Source: Octopus bimaculoides
Lineage: Eukaryota
NCBI RefSeq assembly: GCF_001194135.2
Contig: NC_069000.1
Span: forward strand, 586,301 to 650,300
DNA: 64,000 bases
Reading direction: 5' to 3'
Below the pieces are notes generated by a model that was not told the origin of the DNA, did not search any database, and saw nothing but the letters and a program-made list of their open reading frames with translations. The first letter of the stretch is position 1; each line of letters opens with the position of its first letter. Positions 12,001 through 23,700 of the stretch are shown piece by piece. Position numbers and translations under genes: made by a program.

Positions 12001-13453
12001 GCTGGGCAATATTTAGTTAAGTCCTGGTTTTGAATTTTATTCCCTCTAGGGTCAGTTAGAGCCAGCATGGAATTGGGGGTCTCTCTTATTCAGTTGCATC
12101 TTCCTCTCCCTCAAAACAAGGTGGTTAAAAAGGAGAACCAATAGTTTCAAAACATTTGTGTCTAGGAGAGCATAAAATAATATTGAAGTAGAGCAAGAGA
12201 GAAGTGTATAGTGAATAATATATTTTAAGGTAAAGAGACCCCCCCCCCATACTATAATTTAGTATTGCAGTGTAGTAGAAAGAGAGAGAGAAAATGTTGT
12301 TGTGCAATATTGTTATTGCGTAATAGATATTCTGGTATGATGTAAAGGAGTATTGCAGTGTATAAAAGCACGTGTGTGTGTATGTGAGAGAGAGAGAGAA
12401 GTGAATTATGTAATAAACCCTTTTGTCTTCAATCATTTTGTTATTCTTCGTTTTTCTTTGCCTATTTTTAATTGCATTCATTCTATTTGCCAGGTTATGA
12501 TGGGGGGCAGTTGGTTTGATCGTTTGACAGAGATTTGTCCATCAATGTCTGAAAGTTCTTTAACGAATCTGGCTGTTGAAACACTGAGAAAACAGTTGAA
12601 AATATCTGCCAAACTCAGCAGATCACATGTCTTCATCCATAAGGTAAGTGAAACATAATTATGGGTTCTGATGCAAAAACTTGAAATTTCTCATGAAATG
12701 CTTGTTGTTGACTGACGTAAACCTTGAAACTTTTTTCTTAACTTAATTCTGGAAAACTACCATTCTTGGAGACCCTAAACTAATTGATTGGGGTAGGTGT
12801 TGATCTTCTGATTCTAAGAAAAAAAATGAAACTTGTTGGACAGCATATTAGGCCTCTGTACCTATTTACTTTTTTTAAGCATCATCATTGTTTTAAGGTC
12901 CACTTTTCCAAAGTCAGATGAAGTTCATTGAGATAATTTCCATGACTGGATGCTCTTCCTGTTACCAACCCTTACTTGTTTCCTGCCCTAACCTTGCCTT
13001 GTAAGGGAAATTTGGTGGATGGAAACTGTACGGAACCCTATCGTGTGTGTGTGTGTATCAGCAAGGCATAGCCAAACAGAAAGTCAATCTTCCTTTACTT
13101 CTAGGTGGACTAAGCCATTTTGTCACTTATTCGATTCTGTATATTATACTAGTATCCTTGAAGCTGGTGTCCTAGCATGGCTGTAACTAGCAAAAGAAAA
13201 AAAAAGCAACAACAAATTTGTTTGTTTCTATGGCAACATTGTTTCAATAAATAGATTCTGTGAATTTGTTTCTTTTCAGAATTGTATTCCCCATTACACA
13301 GTTGGCTACACAAGTCGCCTGAATGAGATGAAAGCCTACATTGCTGATCACCAGCTTCCTCTCAGTCTTATCGGATCATCATTCGAAGGACCTGGTATCA
13401 ATGATTGTATATACAATGCTAAAATGTCAGTCCTAGCTCATGCCACGCCCTAA
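2650..13453 (+). CDS. PPOX: Protoporphyrinogen oxidase, 11 coding exons: join(2650..2733,6192..6326,6789..6897,7088..7230,7690..7828,8655..8848,9530..9590,11185..11303,11781..11894,12494..12643,13280..13453); 473 aa
   Basis: All introns are GT-AG and phases are consistent. Exon lengths sum to 1422 nt, an open frame ending in TAA. Motifs: FAD-binding VVLGGGISGLSAAYYL, LGGW, GPxxIR, NRFIY, CRGIFAGD, EADHV, GFGHLLP, VMMGG, CIPHYTVG, INDCI. These match human PPOX along its length. Confidence 0.97.
3935..4555 (+). mobile_element. Three head-to-tail copies of tRNA-derived SINE family A (Meta/MESC-like core) with an (ATT)n spacer
   Basis: Each copy has an A-box-like TGGCAGAAT and/or a B-box GAGTTCAAAT, plus the core GTCGACTTT.CCTTTCATCCTTT.GGGGTCGATAAAATAAGTACCAG. 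(ATT)n at about 4100-4178. Confidence 0.85.
4820..5080 (-). mobile_element. Possible highly decayed CR1/L2-type LINE fragment
   Basis: Minus-strand LPIFAHPTLEYGSQ resembles the RPHLEYAS motif at the 3' end of LINE ORF2; single weak motif. Confidence 0.25.
5340..5562 (-). mobile_element. SINE family A, inverted copy in PPOX intron 1
   Basis: Reverse complement of the core: GTACTTCATTTATT...AAGGATGAAAGGCAAAGTCAACC...GATTTGAACTCAGAA. Confidence 0.85.
6192..6326 (+). CDS. PPOX: PPOX coding exon 2 (VLLLEGNKQLGGWLNTTQHSDGATWDHGPQSIRATGKTAYNTLTL)
   Basis: Acceptor ttgcag, donor gtgagt, 135 nt. Confidence 0.95.
6789..6897 (+). CDS. PPOX: PPOX coding exon 3 (MHELGLENDILPVNASHPGAANRFIYYNNQVNALPN+A)
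   Basis: Acceptor ttttacag, donor gtaagc at 6898, 109 nt, phase 1. Confidence 0.93.
7088..7230 (+). CDS. PPOX: PPOX coding exon 4 (S-LLGILKKPPF...EETIYDFINRRFGSE)
   Basis: Acceptor cttgtag, donor gtttgt, 143 nt; restores phase 0. Confidence 0.93.
7690..7828 (+). CDS. PPOX: PPOX coding exon 5 (VADVLINSMCRGIFAGDIRHLSLQACFPYLHDLEKQYRSLVIGTFR+G)
   Basis: Acceptor ggacag, donor gtaaaa, 139 nt; CRGIFAG motif. Confidence 0.94.
8056..8165 (+). mobile_element. Penelope-like terminal fragment with a minimal hammerhead-ribozyme motif
   Basis: CTGATGA (8093-8099) and GAAAC-GTT (8121-8128); stem I GACAC/GTGTT; flanked by the perfect 14-bp inverted repeat GACAGATATTTGTC / GACAAATATCTGTC. Confidence 0.6.
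8655..8848 (+). CDS. PPOX: PPOX coding exon 6 (D-KEEVDDSCPLIKKARAENWRLYSLKNGLQQLVETM...ASGKAK)
   Basis: Acceptor ttaattag, donor gtgagt, 194 nt; W..YSL..GL motif. Confidence 0.93.
9003..9196 (+). mobile_element. SINE family A copy following an (ATT)n tail
   Basis: GCAAGCTGGCAGAATTG...GGTCAACTTTGCTTTTTATTC...GTTGATCAAA; CpG-decayed core. Confidence 0.75.
9530..9590 (+). CDS. PPOX: PPOX coding exon 7 (VHTKEESFEADHVFSALFAG+G)
   Basis: Acceptor ttaccccag, donor gtaggg, 61 nt; EADHV motif; supplies the phase-1 end the next exon needs. Confidence 0.9.
9820..10145 (+). mobile_element. SINE family B (RTE-like tail) followed by a tRNA-head SINE family E copy
   Basis: AAAGAGCACCCAGTCCACACTCTGTAAAGTGGTTGG...AACCCATGCCAGCATGGAAAGTGGACATTAAA, then GGTTTCAGGTTCAGTCC...GGTAGATGGAAACTGAAAGAAG. 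Confidence 0.75.
11185..11303 (+). CDS. PPOX: PPOX coding exon 8 (D-LKGLLSEDPKPLCQNLGLIPAVNVVVVNLEFEDNVSTLK)
   Basis: Acceptor ttttcag, donor gtaaca, 119 nt; VVVNL motif. Confidence 0.93.
11781..11894 (+). CDS. PPOX: PPOX coding exon 9 (GFGHLLPSKESRHFLGIIYNSCVFPAHDRLDSPSTRFT)
   Basis: Acceptor ttgacag, donor gtaagt, 114 nt; GFGHL motif. Confidence 0.95.
12494..12643 (+). CDS. PPOX: PPOX coding exon 10 (VMMGGSWFDRL...SRSHVFIHK)
   Basis: Acceptor ttgccag, donor gtaagt, 150 nt. Confidence 0.95.
13280..13453 (+). CDS. PPOX: PPOX terminal coding exon 11 (NCIPHYTVGY...GSSFEGPGINDCIYNAKMSVLAHATP*)
   Basis: Acceptor ttttcag, stop TAA at 13451-13453. Confidence 0.95.
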   Translation, partial: NCIPHYTVGYTSRLNEMKAYIADHQLPLSLIGSSFEGPGINDCIYNAKMSVLAHATP

Positions 13454-14286
13454 ATCCGTGAATCTATCAACAAAGAAGACTGTGATATTCTCAAAGTGTG
13501 ACTCAGGAAACGGTCAAAGAGGATTCGATCTTAGTAAGTCAGAAACTCACTACTGAACAGCAGAGAAATATAATCTTAGCAAGATTCTAATAATACTTTC
13601 TGTATATCACCACCTGTTTTACAGACGGGTTCACATGTTAATCAATATCATTGGCATACTCCCACCATGACCACCACTACTACTACACTAGTACAAGCTG
13701 AGAGGGACTGTTTTCATTGAAGCAGTTTATTTTTTTACATTTGGATACCTTCTTTCATTGAACTATAAAATAGAATGTTGAACTTGTTTGTCAGCCAGGT
13801 AAACTGGAGTACACCAAATATTTGGACCAATGGCATATGATAGCATGAGGTTATGTGGTTTCTAAACTGATGACCTTATTAACTTCAGTTGCTGGGTCTC
13901 AAATATTCTCAAATGATTTTCTAACATAAATCTGAGAAATTTTCTCTTTCTACCCATCTCAGTTACAGGTGCATTCCCTCACCTAGGTTTGGGAGATGCT
14001 TTACTGTGCAGCTTTCTTTAAGTTCTAAAAGCTCTGCCAGACAGAACCAGCTAACATTCTTAATTCTGTGATAGACTTTATAAACGATTGTCACAAGATG
14101 TGTGTGTGTGTATAATGTAAGTATATATATGTAATATATATATATATGTGTGTGTATGTGTTTATTGCAGGAGGCAGAATTGATAATGTTTATGAAAAAT
14201 ATGTAAAAATTTTTTTCTTTGTTTTACAACTTTGCAACTGGACTGCAAATATTCAATGTCAATTGTGTTCTTTTAAATTTTGCAGT

Positions 14287-14292
14287 AATAAA
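14287..14292 (+). terminator. Candidate PPOX polyadenylation signal AATAAA
   Basis: Canonical hexamer about 830 nt past the stop codon. A second one lies near 14366. The sequence is AT-rich, so these may be chance matches. Confidence 0.3.
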
Positions 14293-15159
14293 GGGCACTT
14301 CATTATATTTCCTGTATTGTGTATATAGGGCCCAACATTAATAAGGATTTTTTAGAGGATGGAATAATAAACATGTTCAATATTATACACACATGCATTT
14401 GCACACACATACATATAACTATTGTTATTGAAGAAAATTGATTAAAACAGACCAAAAACAAATAGAAGATGATATTGATTTGCTATTTCTAAACTGGATG
14501 TGTTTTCATTCAACTGTGAACAAAAATATCACAGTTGGTTGGTTGGGATTTCCATTCTGAAAGTCTGTCATTCTATGCTTCATTATGAAAATGCTCAGGG
14601 AATGAGAGTTGTGTGTGTTTCTGTAGGTCTTTCCTTTTTTTTAAAATTTTAGTATTCCACTTGATACAGTTTCAGAGTAAATTTTCCAATCAAACCCATG
14701 CTTCTATACAGATACAACCAATGGCTTTTGTCTGTTTAACCATAGGCCTACCTCATGATCAACACTGCTCCAACTGACATCAACTAATCATTTTTTTGCC
14801 TTTCTAGACAAAACATTTTTTTTTCAAAACCGTGGGACATGATTTGAGAAGAAGGTTACTACTATTTCTAGCAGTGGATTGGTAAAAGTATAAGAACATC
14901 AGACTGGACACCTTGCGGTATTTGTTCTGAGCTTAAATCCCCTCTTAGTCTACTTGGGTGATATATTTAATGTATAGTCCACTGGCATCTCATGTGCCCT
15001 TGGTAGAGTCCATTCTGTTGGAAGGGTTCAGGTCACATCACAGGTTTGAGGCTAGTTTCTTACCTCCCACCCATCTCAGAGGTCCTTTAAAGGGTCTCAG
15101 GCACTGCTACCCCTCCTTAGCATATCTTTGCAATATTAGATTAAGGCAGCCCACTGCTG

Positions 15160-15340
15160 TAAGACTCGTTAGCATTCCCAGGTAAAATGCTGGGCTTTAT
15201 GCTCTGGGTTCAAATTCGGACAAGGCCGACTTTACCTTTCATCCCTTTCAGGGTCAATAAAATAATAGTTGAACTCGGGGCCGGGGTAAATTGACTTACC
15301 TCTCTTCCCTTGGCCCCATGCCGAAATTTGGAACCAATAT
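15160..15340 (+). mobile_element. SINE family A copy
   Basis: GGGTTCAAATTCGG..AAGGCCGACTTTACCTTTCATCCCTTTCAGGGTCAATAAAATAA. Confidence 0.75.
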
Positions 15341-15455
15341 TATATTAATATATCAAGTGAGACAAATAAACAATGAAGTAATACTTCTGGGCCCATTTTG
15401 TCCAATGAATAGTCATCAGTTAATCAAAATCGTTTAATTTGCACTATTTTGGTGG

Positions 15456-15662
15456 CCATTGCCAGTCCCACCTGACTGGCCCTCGTGTCAGTGTTACGTA
15501 AAAGCACCCACTACACTCTCGGAGTGGTTGGCGTTAGGAAGGGCATCCAGCTGTAGAAACTCTGCCAGATTGGAGCCTGGTGCGGCTATCTGGCTCGCCA
15601 GCCCTCAGTCAAACCGTCCAACCCATGTCCGCATAGAAAGCGGACGTTAAACGATGATGATG
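15456..15662 (+). mobile_element. SINE family B copy with (GAT)n tail
   Basis: CGTAAAAGCACCCACTACACTCTCGGAGTGGTTGGCGTTAGGAAGGGCATCCAGCTGTAGAAAC...GCGGACGTTAAACGATGATG; near-identical to the copy at 50315-50545. Confidence 0.85.
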
Positions 15663-15729
15663 TTATATTTATTAATAATATAAAGTATATATTAAGTTAT
15701 TGTGTGAAAGTATGTGTGAAATACATCCG

Positions 15730-16120
15730 TTACAGCAGTTCCCTATGTACAATGTTTCTAGTGAAGGTGATTCCCCTTCTGCGACCATGAGTGGATTCGT
15801 TTTGAGGTGTCACTTTCACCCTCACACCGTTCATTGCCCTTGCTCTTGAAAAGGCGACGTAAAGCTGTCCACGAGTGAAGGTTGGCTGTGGCAAGTGTAT
15901 GCCAACTCTAGCGAATGTTTGCCCTTGCGCTTTATTGATCGTCAATAATGAAGACTTTTACTCACCTAAGAATGTTTCCTTGATCAGAATTTGGTGGAAC
16001 ATTGCACACACTTGTTTCACTCAAAGGAACTGGAAGCTTGAATATACTGTGAAGAGTTTTAGCACCTTTCAAGAGTGTTGCAGCAATGCCAGTCCAGAAG
16101 CCAAGAGAAATAACTCGAGT
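15730..16120 (-). mobile_element. Helitron Rep/Hel PIF1-type helicase remnant with an internal deletion
   Basis: Minus strand: WTGIAATLLKGAKTLHSIFKLPVPLSETSVCNV...LR*VKVFIIDD (motif Ia to Walker B), joined to TINKAQGQTFARVGIHLPQPTFTRGQLYVAFSR...TRNIVHRELL* (motifs V/VI and the C-terminus). Confidence 0.9.
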
Positions 16121-17014
16121 GTGACAAACACTGACGGTACAAGCACATTAATATGTAGATGAGGAGTTATTTTCCTTTGCAATATCATATGAACCTCAGT
16201 AGATGACTGCTACTTTATTTTATTGACCCTTTATTTTATTTACAGACACATACAGATTTGAATACACACACACACACACACGTGTCTGATATAGAGACAG
16301 ACTTCTGAATATATGTGCTCACACGGCAAACTGCATTCTGTCACAAAAAAGAACAAAACATCATTGAAATGAAAGTGTGTCCTCACACACCAAGCCTTAA
16401 TACTTCCCTGGGTGAACTCTACAGCCAAAAACCTTGAAGCAACCTTGTAGAAAATACATGTATATCATCATCATTGCTCTAATGTCCACTCTCCCATGCA
16501 TGGGAGAGTGGACAGAATTTATTGAAGTAGATTTTCTGCAGCCAGATGCTCTTCTGGTCACCAACCCTCGTTTCCAAACATGTTTTCACAGAAGATTGGA
16601 AACAAATGACCCTGCTTGTATGATAGGGACACTTGTTGACAAGTATCATATGTCAAGGACGGGGGGGGGGGAGGACACACAATGTGATACTACCTGGATG
16701 ATGATGCCTTTCTCTTATTTCCTATTATAACAGATTATTGAAGCACAAATAAAATTTTGAGAAGTATAAGTTGTTTGTCCCCTTGGGTTTTGTAGTCATG
16801 CAAGCTGCAGACAGCACTCACTAGTGCCCATATCATGAAATGGGCACCTTGTTCACGGTGTAAAATGGTTGGCTGTAGGAAGGACATCCAGCCATAAAAA
16901 CCAAGCCAAGGCTGAGATTAGAGTTTGACAGCTCTTTGGACCCTATCAAGCCATTCGACTTATGCCAGCCTGGAAAACAGATGATGGTGATAAATATACC
17001 ATTGGACCTGTGTC

Positions 17015-17135
17015 ATATAATGCAATAAAATAGTGTTCTTTTGATGAACTGTTGTGATTCAGAATCCAGTTACATTTGGAACATCCATTGCAAATAACCA
17101 CAATGGTGAAACATATGTAGGGAACAAAAATGATA
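17015..17135. mobile_element. Single arm of the fold-back MITE family also found at 54621-54846
   Basis: TTGGAACATCCATTGCAAATAACCACAATGGTGAAAC...GTAGGGAACAAAAATGAT matches 54791-54852. Confidence 0.7.
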
Positions 17136-17168
17136 CAAACATCTTCTGGTGTTTATCATACCTTTTCT

Positions 17169-17202
<34 letters not shown>

Positions 17203-18988
17203 TAGCCTTTCATACAGTTGTATCTGACCCTCTTCAATCCGATTCACACACCTCCCAAACTAGCATTTTCTCTTTACAAGCAACAGATAAAGGCCGGATG
17301 TTTTTTTAATTTTCTGTTTTTCAAGAGAACATTTCTTAATTGCTCTGATGAATCTCTGCTGGAACAGAGATAGAGATCATACACACACACACACACACAC
17401 ATGCATGCATATTGTTCAGCCATAATACTATCAAAAGTACTCCTCATACATATGTACACACATGCACAGTCTTTCTTTCTCTCCTTTTCCTAATTATGAT
17501 ATTTTGAATAGAATAATGAGCAAACCAGATTTGTAATTAAAATGACTGAAAATTAAGTGCAAGAATGTTGTAATTATTAACAGCAAGAAGAAACAAAAGG
17601 CAAAAGAGAAAACATTAAAGAACTTTTCGGTTTGTAAACAGATTGTGTGAACAGAGGCATGGAGTTTAACACACACACACACACACATTATTTGTTCACA
17701 GATAGACACACACACACACATATGTACTTCATAGAGATACAGTTCACAATACATGTGCTCACACCTAAACAGCATTGTCACAAAAGGAACAAAACATCAT
17801 TGAACTAAAAGCATTCCCCCATGGGCCTTAATAATCCCCTGGGCCACCACCAAAACGTTTTTTCATTCTCCATATAATAAGAAAAGCTTATGACATCATT
17901 TCACTGGTTTATTGACCTTATTAACAAATTCCTGGTGTTGTTTACTCTCAGACCATCCCTGATTGATTAGACATATAATCAAAAATATTCCACTCTTAAC
18001 CATTCCATCTTTTCCCTCAGCTACGGTGTATCTTGGACTACAATATCCACACTGTCCATGTGTTTTTAAGGTAGTATGATGTGATTAGAAAGAAATTTGT
18101 CTGCTATTTCTAGCAATATGAGTGACCTTATAGTGGCTCTTTCACTGACCCAGAAACTACAGATGCGATATAGAAAGTTGTCATCATTTAACCCATGACT
18201 GACTAGACCCAGGATCAAAAGTCTCTCAACCATGACCATTCAGACACATTATCCAATGTCATCTTCTCTTTCAAGACAAAAATTGTGGTTGGGTGGGTGG
18301 GTGCGAGTGCAGGTTTCACACAACATATGGAACCTATACTGCAAACTTCATTTGTGATGTGCCAACCACAAAAACTGGTTTTTGATATTTTGTAACCATT
18401 CTGTGTTGGTAACCTCTAAGTTCATCAATGTCTAGAATATGTCTAGTTGTTTTGGGAAGAGTTTTTGTTTTCCTTCTGGGCTATGTCAGAAGAGTAGCAG
18501 CTGCTATCCTGTTCTTCTTCAGCCTTTCACCATTCTTTAGAAACTCTTCCACACATAAGAACTCCACAATCTGTTTATAATGTAGAGTCATGAAAAATCA
18601 ACCCAGTTATTTGATTTGTTCTTTATTAAATAACTCCAGAACAATTAAAGGTAAACTTGACTTCAGCAGGATTTGAACTTAAAATGCAAAGCAGTTAGAA
18701 CATTTCTTATAATTTTGCCACGTGTCTACCGTACCACACTATGGGACACACACAAAGCTTCTTTATAAACATGAGACTTTGCTCAGAGGGTGAAAGTTAT
18801 TAACAAGAACAGGACAGTGAGGGCTGTTAAGCCAAGACGATAGAAAAATTATTAGGAACGCTTAAGGTAGACGTGCATGAGAGAAGAGATAGAAAAAATA
18901 CATCTTTTCTACAAGAAGGCAGTGAGCAGAAAGAAAGATTCCCTTAATTTAAATTTTTTAAAACGGCGAGAACTTAGTTGCCAACCCA

Positions 18989-19019
<31 letters not shown>

Positions 19020-19499
19020 CATGTACAGACAGATACATTTATGCACATACAAACACATGCACGTATGTATATATACACATAGAGACTCACCCATCCACAC
19101 ACCTAAACCTAACACACATACATAATGTTAGGTTATCTCTGTATATCACAAATTACATCATTTGTAAATTCCAGTCAAATGGTTTTTCAAATGTTCTTCA
19201 ACTCTTTCCAATTAGGAAGGAGATGTAGAACAAATAACCACACCTCCCCCCCCCAAAAAAAACTCTCCAACACAACAAACAAAAAAGCAAAACATTAAAA
19301 GTGCAATAAAATGATTTCAATGCAAAGTGTTGTTTCCCTTTACTCAACTGTGAATATTGCTTATGCAGCCATAACACAAATATGAATTAATTAGCCTATT
19401 TGCATTTTGATTGGTCGATCACTGATCACAAGACTTTACCAGCTTTTATTTGTTATATTGTATCTTTTATCTACATTTTAGCTATTTGTACACAGACAC

Positions 19500-19627
19500 A
19501 CACATATTCATTTATATATATGATCTATATATATGAATACACACATTATATATATATATATATATATATACATTTGTATATATATAAACATACATACATG
19601 TGTGTGTATATATATAAACATACATAC

Positions 19628-19690
<63 letters not shown>

Positions 19691-19740
19691 CATATATACA
19701 AATGTATATATATATATACATATGTATACATATACATACA
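19500..19740. repeat. (TA)n / (TACA)n microsatellite
   Basis: Long alternating TA tract. Confidence 0.95.
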
Positions 19741-19760
19741 TTGGGGGTGTTGGCTATAGC

Positions 19761-20021
19761 TTAGTCAACTGCTACAAAGGTAAAGGTGATACTTTAGATA
19801 GAAATACCTACAGGCGTATCAAATTATTGGATCAGGTAATGAAGTTCACGGAGAGGGTCATAGCCCAACTAATTAGGGAGAGAGTCAGTTTAGATGAGAT
19901 GCAGTTTGGGTTCGTGCCAGGGAAAAGCACCACTGATGCTATATTTCTGGTAAGACAGCTGCAGGAGAAATTCCTAGCCAAAGGTAAACCTCTATACCTG
20001 GCTTTCGTTGACATGGAGAAG
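19761..20021 (+). mobile_element. RTE-clade LINE reverse transcriptase fragment
   Basis: [87 protein letters not shown]; typical RT N-terminal motifs (QFGF, FVDxEK). Confidence 0.92.
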
Positions 20022-22231
20022 ACTGGAAATGAGCAACATCACATGTAGGATATGACACTCGTTTGCAACCATCAAACGACACGGAGGCAAGGACACACAC
20101 ACACATACATATGACAGTTTTCCCATAATTACCACCAACTAAATTTCCTAATAATGCTTTGGTTGTCTTAGTACTCTCAAAGAAGACACTTACCCAAAGT
20201 GCCATTCAGTGGGATTGATCCTGAAACTAGTTGACCACTTTAGAACAGAGAATTCTGATGCGCAGTTTTTAGTTCCTAAATTACTGGTTGATAGATAATA
20301 GAAACCACAGAATAGAAATTCTCTTTCAAATTTATAAAATTTGTGTTTTCATAAACCAAAATCTAAAGGAGAGAAAGAAATATTAATGGAAATGAAAAAA
20401 ATTCAATTTCAAAAGAAAATTTCTAAAAAATCAATGCCATAAAACTCAAATTGCAGTTCAATAATTGAATCTCAATTCACTGGATTTCAATTTCAGTTAT
20501 TAAAATTTAAATTTTTTTCATCTTCCTTCTAATAACATGTTTTCCCAATTTTAAACTCAAAACTAAAAGAAAAAGAAAAAAAAAAAAAAGAGTTGGAATT
20601 AAAAATAATTGAAATTAAATTCTATTTACCAGACAGCTTGGACAGTTGCACATATCCAGTATTAAAGGATTTTTCTTATCATCTGCAGCCATGGGTTGGT
20701 GTGAACAGCTCTCAAGCTCCACTTTGCAATGTCATGAAATAATATTCTATTTGCTGGTGTTTTAATAAAGTCGTGGTGGAAATATGCATAAAAGATGAAC
20801 CACATTAACATTTTCCCAAAAATCATGATCTGGTCCCATGACAGGCATCAACATTCATTTTACTGACTTCAGTCATTGGACTGCTGCCATTCTGGAGCAC
20901 TGCCTTCAACAGTTTTTGCCCATCATACTCAATTCAAGTCATCATTTCATTTTGATATCTTTTTCATGCAACATTAGCAAACACACCCAGGTACACATCC
21001 ATTACAGCTACTTCCAACCAGATTCACTCACAGGGGCTCGATCAAACCAGGGCTGTGGTAGAAGATACTTGCCCAACATCTCCACACAAGGGCACCAAAT
21101 ACAGAAACACAGAGATGACAAAATTCACTCCTTAATCATGCTGCCTTCCATCCGGATATAGAGTGACTTGGAGTTATTGACCCTAGAGATGGGTCAGTGG
21201 CCCATGCCTTCCTTGCAGTTCCCTGCTTCACGATGCCAGAGTTAAACGGATTTCTTTGGTGCAAAGCAAACTGGAGTTGGATATTTCTATTAAAGCTAAC
21301 TCTAGTAATCCATGCTCAAAAGTGTTCCAGCCTGGACCATCCTGCACTTAACTTTGGTTTTGCACACTTAGGATGAATTTATCCTATGTGACACTGTTTG
21401 CCAAAGAATAGATTGCCATTTGAGAGATCTGGTTTCTATTTCTTGTAGGCTGAACAACCATATAGAAGCTCTGTCCTTGGTTCACCTTAAACAGGTTCTG
21501 AGTTGGTGCAGACATTAAACTGTTGTAAGCAGTGGGAACACTCTTTAATTAACAAGTGTTTTTGTTTGAACCCATCACATCTCTGGGTTAATGATAGCTG
21601 CCCCTTTTAAATAAACCAGTGTTTATTGCATTCAAAGTTGTGGCCATTATCAAGAGTTAATATTATTTTTGACATTTCTGAAAGTATGGGAAACAACTCT
21701 AAACAGGTTTCAATTTAATTAAGAACTCAACAGTAAAACAGACATCACTCACCTTAAAATGGTGAGGAGAATCACCATGTAGATGTACAATATTGTAAGA
21801 CAAAAATCTCAAATGAGATGCTATCGCTATGAAAAGTAATAGTTAAGCTAATGTTAACATACTTAATGTAATTAGCACCAAGAATCTAATTAGAAACATT
21901 TATGTGGTGAGGAAAAGACGTTAGATAATGACTAATTGTATCATTTTTAATTATTTCAATAAGGGAGACAACTCTGGTTTAGCTTCTGGTCTTTATTAGA
22001 CTCAAGAAATTTCATTCTTCAGAGCAGCTTATCTCAGTGAGATTTTTATGTCATAAAATCATTGGTTGAAGAAGCCAAGACAACCTCTACGTGATAGCTA
22101 AATCTCCCTCCTATCGTTACCCAGAAAAGGACAGATGGATTATGTAGCCCGCGGCACATTATCTCTGAACAAGAGACGAGATCATCAGAGCAGGAATATC
22201 TTCTTTGAACTTACATGACCTCGTGTAATAT

Positions 22232-22266
<35 letters not shown>

Positions 22267-23483
22267 GGGGAGGTAACTCATATAAACTTGGAATCATGAA
22301 CAACTACTGCAATGCTCAAATAATATAAATATGGAATGGGTATTATATAAGTGGATGGTCAGTTTAATGTATTATTGCCCTGTGTATACTTACACATACA
22401 GTCCATCTTTTTTCATTCACACATTCTATTTTACTCTTTCACTTTATCTGACACCCACAGTGCGTTTATTATATGTTTTAGCAACTGTATGTGCATACAT
22501 ACACCTGTATGTGTGTAGAGTCTATGTACAAGTGTGTGTGTGGATGTGTACACAGATGTCTGCAACACCAAATTGTGGGATTCAAGTCTGGTATCAGGTG
22601 GGAAGAAAATCAAATATTGTAATGTGAGACATGGCCTGCACCAAGCTTTGGCTGAAACAAATCCAAATTAATGCTTCTGCAATATTGTTTTTAAAGCAAA
22701 GAATCTTAGAGGTTTGTCCAATTTGGCAGTTTTCTTCCCATAAGACTATTTCAAGCACCAACAACTATATAGACTAAATGAGTTAAGCTGATGTTTAGAA
22801 CATCTTATTGAAAAATTCTTGCACAAAATTCTGAAGACGTAGTCTGAAGGGAGTTGGTACCAAAATGATTATTAAGAAAAGAGGTGAAGTACCATGGCTG
22901 TCTGAAGCATAAATTTCAAAAATCAGGAGAAAGCAGGAGACTCAATCAAAATAACCGGTTATAGCAATAAACCCTTTCATCTCTTAATATGTTTAAACAA
23001 AGATAAACTTATATAACTGGTATTTATTTTATTGATCCCAGAAGGATGAAAAGCAATGATTGCCATGGTGATATCTGATGCAAAAGGGACAGCAACGAAA
23101 TCATTTAACATGTTTCCCATGATGGTATGGACTGGACCAGAACTGCATCAGGCTCTATATTGTCTGTTTTGGTATGGTTTCTACAGCTAGATGCCTTTCT
23201 TAGAGCCAACCACTTTACAAAGTGTACTGGTCACCAACCCCGGTTCTTTTTTGACCGGATGGCACTCTTGTATTAGTGATACTCTCATCATCCTTGCTAT
23301 TAATTTCTTAGAGGTATAAAGCCAGAATATGGTAGAGAGAGCCTGATCAATACTCTCCATACTTGGGATTGTTATTTTATTGGCTCCAGACACAGGAAAG
23401 ACAAAAGATGACCTCAACTATAAATACTGCCAGATCAGCTATTTTATGATGCTCCATCAAATTCACCAATCTACCACCCTTAA

Positions 23484-23700
23484 CCTTTTAGCATTTAAAC
23501 TGGACATATCAGGCCAAAATATTTTGCCTGTTTTGTCTAAACTGGTCAGATCCAGCCTCTCACACTTATGCTACAATGTCATTCTAAGAATAAACAATCA
23601 CATCATTGAAATCTCAAAACTATGAGATAATCCAGGATTAATTCAAAACAATAAGAAGAAATAAACACAACATTTCACAGAGTAAACTGAGAGTAAAGGG
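23484..23700. mobile_element. piggyBac-like MITE flanked by TTAA
   Basis: TTAA at 23480-23483 and 23701-23704. Ends CCTTTTAGCATT... and ...TAAAGGG. A related copy lies at 46058-46288. Confidence 0.65.

Noticed and set aside
15955-15970. Strong minus-strand donor TTAG|GTGAGT
   Set aside because: It lies inside the Helitron helicase reading frame (LR*VKVFIID) and is explained by a nonsense mutation; no matching exon.
18490-18580. Minus-strand frame IVEFLCVEEFLKNGERLKKNRIAAATLLT* after a weak AG
   Set aside because: Short, no recognisable homology, and no consistent upstream exon (donors near 21750 and 26296 give no convincing model).
19533-20048. 171-aa ORF with an RT-like C-terminus
   Set aside because: A (TA)n-derived IYIY stretch fused by chance to a truncated RTE fragment; not a host gene.
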